Part shown: in pieces, positions 1-7,245 of the stretch | Numbering within the stretch: position 1 is the first letter of the stretch | How the letters are laid out: each line of letters starts with the position of its first letter | Source of the DNA: Nannocystis bainbridge | Lineage (GTDB): Bacteria; Myxococcota_A; Polyangia; Nannocystales; Nannocystaceae | Direction: 5' to 3' | NCBI RefSeq assembly: GCF_028368995.1 | Contig: NZ_JAQNDL010000002.1 | Location: 1,088,001-1,152,000, forward strand | DNA: 64,000 nt | Program-made: the position numbers and the translations under genes | Notes under the pieces: model-generated | Database searches by the model: none | What the model saw: only the letters and a program-made list of their open reading frames with translations | What the model was told of the DNA's origin: nothing

Positions 1-152
1 TTTGTCCGCGGGGTGTTTACCCAGGACACTCGCTAAGCTACCCTGCCGCCCCAATTTCGCAGTCCGCCCTGGACAACCTGCGAAGCCGGGCGCCACACTG
101 CCTCACCGGGGATCTCTTCGGTGCGCACCCCATAGAGGACGGAGTCGTCACG

Positions 153-527
153 ATGGCCTTGACGAAAGCTCAGAACGAGAAATTCCGCGCGATGCTGCTC
201 GAGCGGAGGAACGCCCTCATCAGTCAGGCGCAGCGTACGCTCGAGAGCGACATGGTGTTGTCGCCCGACGATCGCTTCGACGAGGTCGACCAAGCGTCCA
301 GCGAATACATGCAGGCGTTCAGCTTCCGCCTGCGCGGGCGCGAGAAGTTCTTGATGGAGAAGATCGACCTCGCGCTCCGCAAGATCGACCAGAACACCTA
401 CGGGACCTGCGAGGAGTGCGAGGAGCCGATCTCGCTCAAGCGCCTGCAAGCACGGCCGGAGACCCCGCTGTGCATTCAGTGTAAAGAGGCGCAAGAGAAG
501 GAAGAAGCGGTCTACGCCGAAGAGTGA
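153..527 (+). CDS. dksA: DksA/TraR family RNA polymerase-binding transcription factor
   Basis: Coiled-coil tip DEVDQAS (DxxDxA) and C4 zinc finger CEEC...CIQC; GAGG/GGAG SD-like sequence upstream. Confidence 0.9.
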   Translation: MALTKAQNEKFRAMLLERRNALISQAQRTLESDMVLSPDDRFDEVDQASSEYMQAFSFRLRGREKFLMEKIDLALRKIDQNTYGTCEECEEPISLKRLQARPETPLCIQCKEAQEKEEAVYAEE

Positions 528-536
528 TTCGCGACG

Positions 537-1412
537 ATGGCGCCCGAGCTGTTCACTCTCCCGGGCCTCGGGTGGGCCATCACGTCCTACGGACTCGCGG
601 TCGCCGTCGCGCTGGTGACCGCGTGGCTGGTGTCGCTGCTGCTGGCCCGCCGCGACAAGCTGCCCCCCGAGGTCCTCGGCACCGTATTCGTGCTGTCGGC
701 CATCGCTGGGCTGCTCGCCGCGCGCGCCGGTCATCTGCTGCAGCAGGGGCAAGGGCTCGAGCTGTCGCACCTGCGCTCGCTGCCGGCCGGCGGCCTGGCG
801 GTGTTCGGCGGGCTGTTCGCGGCGCTGGCGGTGGCAACGATCGGTTGTCGGCGCTTCCAGGTGCCGACGCTGGCGTGGCTCGACTGCTGGGCTCCGGCCG
901 TCGCGCTCGGCGGGGTGATCGAGCGGGTCGGGGCGTTCTTCGCCGGGGCTGATTTCGGCATGTACGTCGGGCCAGGTGACTTGGGACATGGCCTCGGGGT
1001 CACGTACCCCGCCGGCTCACCGGCGTTCCTGCTGCACACGGCGGCGTTCCCTGGGCTGCCCGGGCTCACCGAGACGACGTCGGCGCCGGTGCACCCGGTC
1101 CAGCTGTACCTGGCGGCCACCTGCGTGGTGGCGGCGGGCGCGGGCTTCTTGTTGCGCCGGTTCCGTCGCTTCTCGGGCCAGCCGCTCCTCGCGGTCGCGG
1201 CGGTGTTCCTGCTCGGCCGCGCGGTGGTGTTCGAGCCGCTGCGCTTCGACGCGTCGCCGCTGACGCTCGGGCCGCTCCGGCTGCAACAGGTGTCGGGGCT
1301 CGGGCTGCTGCTGGCGGTCGCGGTCGCGTGGTGGATGCTGTCCGCCCGCGCGGCGGCGCAACCGAAGCTGGCGCGCCAGTGGGAGGGGGGCCCGTGGACG
1401 CCTCGCGCGTGA
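537..1412 (+). CDS. lgt: Prolipoprotein diacylglyceryl transferase family protein
   Basis: Multi-TM protein with ITSYGL, GGLAVFGG, RVGAFFAG-DFG, VHPVQLY and EPLR motifs typical of Lgt. Confidence 0.8.
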   Translation: MAPELFTLPGLGWAITSYGLAVAVALVTAWLVSLLLARRDKLPPEVLGTVFVLSAIAGLLAARAGHLLQQGQGLELSHLRSLPAGGLAVFGGLFAALAVATIGCRRFQVPTLAWLDCWAPAVALGGVIERVGAFFAGADFGMYVGPGDLGHGLGVTYPAGSPAFLLHTAAFPGLPGLTETTSAPVHPVQLYLAATCVVAAGAGFLLRRFRRFSGQPLLAVAAVFLLGRAVVFEPLRFDASPLTLGPLRLQQVSGLGLLLAVAVAWWMLSARAAAQPKLARQWEGGPWTPRA

Positions 1413-2062
1413 TCCGTCCGCCGCCGATCCCGGTAGTGGTGATCCACGGGGCCCTGCGTTCGCGCGTGGGCCTGTGGCCGGTGGTCCGCTACCTGGAGAA
1501 CCGCGGCTTTCAGGCGGCCGCCTTCGGCTACGCGACCCGCACCGACAGCCTCGAGCGCCACGCGGAGCGGCTCGAGCAGTTCCTCACCACCTGGCTCGAA
1601 GGCCAGAAGGTGCCGACGCTCGGGATCCTGACCCACAGCATGGGCGGGCTGGTCGCGCGGGCGTACCTGGCCCGGCCGGGAGCGGCCGAGCAGGCGCACC
1701 GGCAACGCGTCGCCATGTTGGCGCCGCCGAACCAGGGAGCGGCGCTGGCGGCCCGGCTGCGGGGCTTCAAGCCGTTTCGCTGGCTGTACGGCGCGGCGGC
1801 CGAGGTGCTGCAACCCGATCGCGCGGCCATGCTGCCGCCGCCGCCCACGAGCGCCCAGGTGCTGATCCTGGCCGGCGGCAAGCGCAAGGGCGAGCGCGGC
1901 TACTCGCGCTGGATCGCCGGCAACAACGACGGCCTGGTCGGCGTGGCCGAGACGGCGCTGCCGGGGATCGATCCGGAGCTGATCGGCGGGGCCCACAGCG
2001 TGCTGCAGTGGCGCCCCTCGGTGCTGGCCCGGGCTGCGGAGTTCCTGGCCGCGAACGAGTGA
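1409..2062 (+). CDS. Alpha/beta-fold hydrolase (esterase/lipase-like)
   Basis: VVVIHG, nucleophile elbow THSMGG, APPNQG, NDGLV, GAHS; GTG start overlaps the lgt stop (GTGA). Confidence 0.8.
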   Translation: MIRPPPIPVVVIHGALRSRVGLWPVVRYLENRGFQAAAFGYATRTDSLERHAERLEQFLTTWLEGQKVPTLGILTHSMGGLVARAYLARPGAAEQAHRQRVAMLAPPNQGAALAARLRGFKPFRWLYGAAAEVLQPDRAAMLPPPPTSAQVLILAGGKRKGERGYSRWIAGNNDGLVGVAETALPGIDPELIGGAHSVLQWRPSVLARAAEFLAANE

Positions 2063-2071
2063 GCCACGACC

Positions 2072-2113
2072 TGTCGCGGAGGACATGCCTCTCCGGACAT
2101 GTCCTGAGGGGCA
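2072..2113. repeat. 14-bp palindromic unit array (3 units)
   Basis: TGTCGCGGAGGACA|TGCCTCTCCGGACA|TGTCCTGAGGGGCA between convergent genes. Confidence 0.85.
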
Positions 2114-2135
2114 TGGAACACCGGAGCTCGCCGCG

Positions 2136-3167
2136 TCACATCGGCAGCGGCGGGGCGCAGGTCGAGACGCCGGCGCCGACGATCCGGACCGGGGCCTGGG
2201 TGAGCAGGGTGAGCGCCTGGTCGCTGTCGTCGCTGTTGTCGAAGTCGAGGTGCCAGACCTCGCTGTTGGTGACGAAAGCGCCGGTGGAGGTGAAGAGGTA
2301 GAAGTCGCCGCCCCACCAGGCGAACGCGAACGCGCTCTCGCTCTTGAGACCGGGCAGCGGCAGCACGTCGATCACGGCGCCGGTGTCCTTGTCGTACTCG
2401 GTGAGGATCGAGGGCGCTAAGCCCTGGAACGCGAACAGCCGGCCGGTGCCGGTGCCGGTGAGCTCGCCCCAGGCGTAGTCGATGCCGGCGATCGTCGAGA
2501 GGACGAGGGACTGCGGATCGATGACGCCGAGCGCTCCCACGTCGGGGCCCTGGAGGTCGGGCGAGATGCCGGAGTGGGCGTAGAGCTTGTCGCACGGGTC
2601 GTTCAGGCTGTTGGCGACGAAGGCCATGCCGAACTGCGGGAACATCGGGTTGTCGGGGGTGAACCCGGGATCGAGGCACTTCACGGGGTCGCTGGCGTCG
2701 TTGAGGTCGACGGTATAGAGGTCGCCGTTCCAGTACTGAATCCAGGCGCGGCCCTTGCGACTGACGCCCATCGAATAGGTGTCGACCATGCCGCCGCAGT
2801 GGATGTCGGCGATAAAGGCGAACTCGCCCGACTTCGGATCGAAGCTCCACAGCGAGCCGACATCGGAGAGGACGTACACGAGCTCGGTGCCCTCGGCGCA
2901 CGGACAGCCGACCTCGGGCTCGTTGTCGGCGCCGGTCATCTCGATGCCGGTGGTGGTCGGCTGGTCGCCGCTGTCCCAGCCGCTGCCGCCCGGACCCCCG
3001 GTTCCGCCGTCGGTCGCGGAGACGAAGCCGTTGGCGTCGTTGCCGTCACCGTCGCCGTCGTCGTCGTCGTCGAAGTCGCCATCGTCGTCGCCGCCGAACA
3101 GAGGGAAGGGACAGGCAGGGAGGAGCGAGACGGTGACGAGGAGCCCAAGAAGGCGGACGCTGCGCAT
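2136..3167 (-). CDS. Myxobacterial-type lipoprotein with acidic linker and probable beta-propeller domain
   Basis: Signal peptide/lipobox MRSVRLLGLLVTVSLLPAC, D/G-rich linker, ELTGTGTGRLF, FAWWGGDFYLF and C-terminal IVGAGVSTCAP; start moved to the ATG at 3167. Confidence 0.7.
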   Translation of the reverse strand: MRSVRLLGLLVTVSLLPACPFPLFGGDDDGDFDDDDDGDGDGNDANGFVSATDGGTGGPGGSGWDSGDQPTTTGIEMTGADNEPEVGCPCAEGTELVYVLSDVGSLWSFDPKSGEFAFIADIHCGGMVDTYSMGVSRKGRAWIQYWNGDLYTVDLNDASDPVKCLDPGFTPDNPMFPQFGMAFVANSLNDPCDKLYAHSGISPDLQGPDVGALGVIDPQSLVLSTIAGIDYAWGELTGTGTGRLFAFQGLAPSILTEYDKDTGAVIDVLPLPGLKSESAFAFAWWGGDFYLFTSTGAFVTNSEVWHLDFDNSDDSDQALTLLTQAPVRIVGAGVSTCAPPLPM

Positions 3168-3329
3168 GATGTCGACGATAGCGAAGATCGCGGTGCGGGC
3201 CCGTAATCGGCCGTCTGGGGCCGCCTGGCGGCGGTTCTCGCGGGCCCGGGTCCGACGGCGGTCCGCCAGCGCCCGCGCGCGTACGACCGCCGGCCGCGGG
3301 GCCGTGATCGCCGACGCGCGCGCGTCACC

Positions 3330-3612
3330 TGTCCCAAGAGATCGGCCCGCTCCGCGCGTCTCGATCGGCGACGCCGTGCATGGCGAAGATCCGGGCGTCA
3401 CCCCCGCCTGTGCCAAGGGCCAGGTGAAGATCGGCCTCCGCATGTGACCCATGGCACCTGGCCTCAAGACCCTGGCGCTTGGGGCATGCCTGAAGGTTCC
3501 GGTGCGCGGCCGGGCGCTGGCGCCGGTCCCGAAGGACAGGTCCCAGAGGTCCTGTCGCTGGGGCCGGGTTCCCCCATGAGTTATCTCCATTCGGTGACTG
3601 TTCTAAGGGCCA
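3330..3612. promoter_or_regulatory. Cluster of ~10 degenerate 14-bp palindromic units in a divergent promoter region
   Basis: Units at 3330, 3409, 3459/3473/3487, 3525/3539/3553 and 3599, e.g. GGTCCCGAAGGACA, TGTGCCAAGGGCCA, TGTTCTAAGGGCCA. Confidence 0.6.
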
Positions 3613-3668
3613 GGAATCATGTGTCATCGTCTGACTCTCCCAATCCACCACCAATGAGCGACGGGACC

Positions 3669-4055
3669 ATGGACGAAAACGAAGTTGCACAAGAGATCGG
3701 CAAGCGCATTCGCCAATGGCGAATGAATACGCCGCCTCCGAAGACGCGCCGCAAGCGGCAGAACGAGACGGGCTGGCGCCCGCACATGACGATCGAGGAG
3801 CTTGCGAAGGCCACCGGCCTGACGGTCACCACCGTCAACAAGCTCGAGCTCGGCTACAAGGCGCCGCGGATCGAGTCGCTGCTGCTGCTCTCGCAGGCCT
3901 TCGGGTGCGATCCCAGCGAGCTCCTGCCGAAGACGAAGCACCGCAACACCGGCAAGTCCGAGCTGCTCAACGAGCTGTCCGCGGCGGCGACGCAGCTGGG
4001 CGCCAAGCAACTCCGCGAGCTCATCAAGCAGGCCCGCGGGATGGAGCCGGGCTGA
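3669..4055 (+). CDS. XRE/Cro-C1 family helix-turn-helix transcriptional regulator
   Basis: IGKRIRQWR...MTIEELAKATGLTVTTVNKLELGYKAPRIESLLLLSQAFGCDPSELL; alternative start at 3654. Confidence 0.85.
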   Translation: MDENEVAQEIGKRIRQWRMNTPPPKTRRKRQNETGWRPHMTIEELAKATGLTVTTVNKLELGYKAPRIESLLLLSQAFGCDPSELLPKTKHRNTGKSELLNELSAAATQLGAKQLRELIKQARGMEPG

Positions 4056-4139
4056 AGGCCCGCCCGGTGGCCGCGGTCCGCACCGCGGCCGCCACCCGTC
4101 CGTCCGGTCGAGAACCGGCGAGACTCTCGATGTGGGGGC

Positions 4140-4168
4140 TTGCGGCCGGGAGCGAGGAAGGCTATAAG
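4140..4168 (+). promoter_or_regulatory. Sigma70-type promoter of tRNA-Val
   Basis: TTGCGG(4140)-17 nt-TATAAG(4163), followed by a GC-rich discriminator just upstream of the tRNA. Confidence 0.7.
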
Positions 4169-4185
4169 GCGCCTCCACCCGCTGC

Positions 4186-4257
4186 GGGCGCGTAACTCAG
4201 CGGTAGAGTGCCACCTTCACACGGTGGAAGCCATAGGTTCGATCCCTATCGCGCCCA
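4186..4257 (+). tRNA. tRNA-Val (anticodon CAC)
   Basis: GGGCGCG acceptor stem pairing with CGCGCCC, D arm TAACTCAGCGGTAGAG, anticodon stem CCACC/GGTGG with loop TTCACAC, T loop GTTCGAT; CCA not encoded. Confidence 0.95.
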
Positions 4258-4284
4258 TAAGACAATCAGCCAAGTTCATGGCCC

Positions 4285-4316
4285 CGAGAGCCGCCGCAAG
4301 GCGGCTCTCGTCGTTT
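4285..4316 (+). terminator. Hairpin terminator after tRNA
   Basis: Perfect 11-bp stem CGAGAGCCGCC-GCAA-GGCGGCTCTCG with a weak T tail. Confidence 0.65.
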
Positions 4317-4488
4317 GGTCGCTCGATCATCCGGAGTGAGTGACGCGATCGCCGCGCGATGGGGAACCGCGAGGTGCTGACAGTGCGCTCGCCGGTGTGG
4401 CGCGGACGAGAGGCGAGCGTGGTCCGGGGATGCGCGTGGGAATCGCGCGAGTCCGGGGCGAGAGGCAGGAGCGCCGGAGGGCCAGACG

Positions 4489-4794
4489 TCAGCGACGGCG
4501 CTCGCGTGCCTCGGCGCGCGCGTCGATCGCGTCCTTCGCTTCCTTGAGGCCGACGCCGTGGACCTCGCGGAAGCGCTTGATCGCCTCGATCTTCTGATCG
4601 TCGCGCAACAGTCGGTCGAGCTCGGCCTCGAATGCCGACAGCGCCGGTCTGGACGCCTGGGTGAACTCCCAGCGCAGAGCTTCGACCGCGGCGCGGGCGG
4701 CCAGCAGGGTGCCGCCGTGGCGAGCGCGATGGCGGCGAATGGCCTCGATGGTCGCGCCGTGGCGGACGAGCTCGCGGATGTCGGCGTCGGTCAC
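4489..4794 (-). CDS. Small protein with duplicated ribosomal L7/L12 C-terminal-like motif
   Basis: TIEAIRRHRARHGGTLLAARAAVE and KIEAIKRFREVHGVGLKEAKDAID; not the canonical rplL. Confidence 0.7.
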   Translation of the reverse strand: MTDADIRELVRHGATIEAIRRHRARHGGTLLAARAAVEALRWEFTQASRPALSAFEAELDRLLRDDQKIEAIKRFREVHGVGLKEAKDAIDARAEARERRR

Positions 4795-4803
4795 CCGTCG
4801 ATC

Positions 4804-5502
4804 CTACGCGGGTCGCCGGCGACGGAGGAGGAAAACCACGGCGAGGCCCACGGGCGCGGCCGCGAGGACCAGCCACGGCCAGCGCGGGCGCGCGGGCGCA
4901 GGCTCGGGGATCGCGATCGGCTGCGCCGCCGGCTTCGATGCGGCTCCGGGCTCCGGGGTCGAGGTGGTCGCGAGTTCGGGTCGGCGGATGGTCAGCGCGG
5001 ATCTGCGCCGGTGCGCCACGAAATCGAGCTCGGGGACACCTGGCTGAGAGGACATGTCCTGAAAGACAACATGGCCGAGGAGCCGGTGGCCGGGGGCGAG
5101 GCGGCCGAGCAGCGGGAGGCGGAGGGTGAAGGCGTCGAGCGGGCCGGGGCAGGCGAAGCCGACCGCGACGGAGAGGCCGTCCTCCTCGACGAAGCTGATC
5201 TTCTCGACGGTGCCGGGGCAGGCGGCGGTGTCGCGGAAGATGTGGATGCCCGTGAGGACCTGCTCGCTGAGCAATGTCTCGACGGACAGGAGCTCGAGCT
5301 CGTCGAGCTGCCCGCTGCGATCGGCGTCGGCGCCTGGCACGAGCTCGACGATCTCGGGACGGGCGAACACCAGCTCGGCGGTGATGCGCGCCCCGGCGAC
5401 CCGGAGCTCGGCACGCGAGAGGCCGCGCTCGTGTGCGTGCGCGAGGGCGGGGGCGGCGATGCCGACGATTACGACGGAGATGGTTCGGAGGAGGCGCGCG
5501 AT
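4804..5502 (-). CDS. Exported protein resembling the N-terminal domain of HupE/UreJ-type proteins, with C-terminal TM anchor (start uncertain)
   Basis: Signal-like ARLLRTISVVIVGIAAPALAHA-HERGLSRAEL, EF-hand-like DADRSGQLDELE, C-terminal WPWLVLAAAPVGLAVVFLLRRRR; GC3-rich codons in this frame. Confidence 0.55.
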   Translation of the reverse strand: MARLLRTISVVIVGIAAPALAHAHERGLSRAELRVAGARITAELVFARPEIVELVPGADADRSGQLDELELLSVETLLSEQVLTGIHIFRDTAACPGTVEKISFVEEDGLSVAVGFACPGPLDAFTLRLPLLGRLAPGHRLLGHVVFQDMSSQPGVPELDFVAHRRRSALTIRRPELATTSTPEPGAASKPAAQPIAIPEPAPARPRWPWLVLAAAPVGLAVVFLLRRRRPA

Positions 5503-5828
5503 TCCAGGGGCGAGCGTGGTGCGGAGGCGGCAGGGGCTCGATCGCTCGCGCTCGTGGGATGCTGGGGAGATGCGAGCTCGGTGGTTTCGGCCGGTGCGAG
5601 CGAGCCCGCGAGCGCGGCGCTCGGGAGCGTCGCGGAGGCGAACCGGCGCGCCGATACCTTCGACCTGTGACCCCCGGGCTGCCTTGATAGCGCCGACGTT
5701 GCCGAGGTGTTCCTGCAGCAGGCGACGGAGGCGGCCGGGGCGAGCGAGCACGAGGCCATGGGACGCGAGCGACGGCGACCGTGCAAGCGGGACTTTCGCG
5801 GTCGGGCAGGGCCCGCTAGCCTGTGCGG

Positions 5829-6530
5829 GTGACCGACGAGCCGCTGAGCTTGACCAAGGTGACGGCGTCGATCGGCGGAGCGCTGCTCGCCGCGTCGTTC
5901 TTCCTGCCGCTGGTGGACATGCGGGCCGGCGGCTCGGCGGCGGGAGACGTGTTCGGGGTGGAGTCGATGCGCCGCCAGATCGAGGGCTCGCGCGAGTTCG
6001 AGAGCGTGAAGCCGCTGATCGCTCCGGCGCTTCAGCAGCTCGAGGCGTTCGGCGCGGGGCCAAGCCTGCGCAACCTCTCGCGCCTGGTCGTGGCGACGAA
6101 GGAGATCGTCGACACGGTGGTGGCCACCGGGCTGGCGCCGGCCGAGGCGAAGGTGGCCTCGACGGCGCTCGGCGCGACGCGGCTGCTCTTATGGTTGGTG
6201 CCGCTGGTGGGGGCGGTGCAAGCGGTGCTGCCGCTGCTGACGCGCTTTCGCGGCTACGCCGGCTTCTTCGGCCTGCTGGCGCGGTTCGGCTTCGGCCTGG
6301 TGTTCGTGACGCTGGCCCTGATCCCGCTGCTCGGGGCCCCGGGCGCGCGCCCGTTCCTCGGGCTCGCGGTCTATGCGGCCCTGTTCGGGGGCGGGCTGAT
6401 GATGGCGAGCGGCATGTTGGGAGTGAGCCGCGGCAACTTCTTGCTGGTGTTCGCGGCCCAGGCCGGGGTGCTGGCGGCGGTGGTGTTCGGGCTGCGGGCG
6501 CTGGTCGAGGCCGGTCAGCGCGCGCTGTGA
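5829..6530 (+). CDS. Hypothetical integral membrane protein
   Basis: Several hydrophobic TM segments and typical codon bias; GTG at 5829 lies 6 nt after TAGCCT (alternative start 5823). Confidence 0.7.
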   Translation: MTDEPLSLTKVTASIGGALLAASFFLPLVDMRAGGSAAGDVFGVESMRRQIEGSREFESVKPLIAPALQQLEAFGAGPSLRNLSRLVVATKEIVDTVVATGLAPAEAKVASTALGATRLLLWLVPLVGAVQAVLPLLTRFRGYAGFFGLLARFGFGLVFVTLALIPLLGAPGARPFLGLAVYAALFGGGLMMASGMLGVSRGNFLLVFAAQAGVLAAVVFGLRALVEAGQRAL

Positions 6531-6536
6531 GTCCGA

Positions 6537-6606
6537 AGGTCTCGGGGACATGTCGAAAAGGGCATGTCTCCGGGGGCATGGTCGATCGGGCATGTCCTCG
6601 GGGACA
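6537..6606. repeat. 14-bp palindromic unit array (5 units)
   Basis: AGGTCTCGGGGACA|TGTCGAAAAGGGCA|TGTCTCCGGGGGCA|TGGTCGATCGGGCA|TGTCCTCGGGGACA immediately after the stop codon. Confidence 0.9.
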
Positions 6607-7245
6607 GCAGTATGGAGAGCTGGTGATCGCCGGATGCTGCGGTCTCTTGCAGTGGTGGTCGCGGGTAAGTGTTTGGTGATGGCACGTGCATGCGGGCGCC
6701 TGGGTCGGCGTGAAGGCGCTCGCGGGGAAGAACTGCGGGATCGCGGCGCTGACGGGGGCAACTTCGTCCGTCGTTCGAGCGGCGCTCCGACCGATGGATC
6801 GGCGTCGCGCCGATCTCGAAGATGGACCGCCGAGGTCGTGTGGGATGGTGACCGCGAGTCCGCACAGGTAGTCGGCGCTCAGGTGCTCGCCGATCTGCGC
6901 CCGGGTGGACGATGCGGCGTCGTGTCGAGGAGAAGATGGATCGGGCTCGCGCCGATTGGATGCCGAGGCCGGGGGCGCGCAGGCTGGAGCGAGCGAGCGG
7001 CGGCATGTGGGTGTGCGGCCCGGGTCGGCAGTTCGCGCCAGTGGCTGCGCAGCCGGGAGGTCGAGGGCGTGCGCGGTCCGGTGGGCGGATTCCCTGGCGA
7101 GGACGCGAAAGGGCTGTGGGCGAGCTCGGCGAGGCGTGTATGGCGCCGGGCTGGTGCGTGACCCCGCCGGTGAGGACGAGCCCGCGGGTGGCCGCGTCGG
7201 CAGGCTAGCACCGGGGCGTGGCGTGCGGGCATACTCGCAGGCGCG

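Noticed and set aside
2081-2104. Similarity of the GGACATGTCC junctions to the eukaryotic p53 half-site RRRCWWGYYY
   Set aside because: Bacterial context, and array ends show the unit is TG..C-N4-G..CA; treated as coincidence.
3669-4316. Prophage or genomic island at tRNA-Val (XRE regulator next to a tRNA)
   Set aside because: No integrase, no duplicated tRNA 3' end (att) seen, and no phage genes or compositional shift.
6680-6694. TGGCACGTGCATGC as a sigma54 promoter
   Set aside because: GG-to-GC spacing is 9 rather than the required 10 nt.
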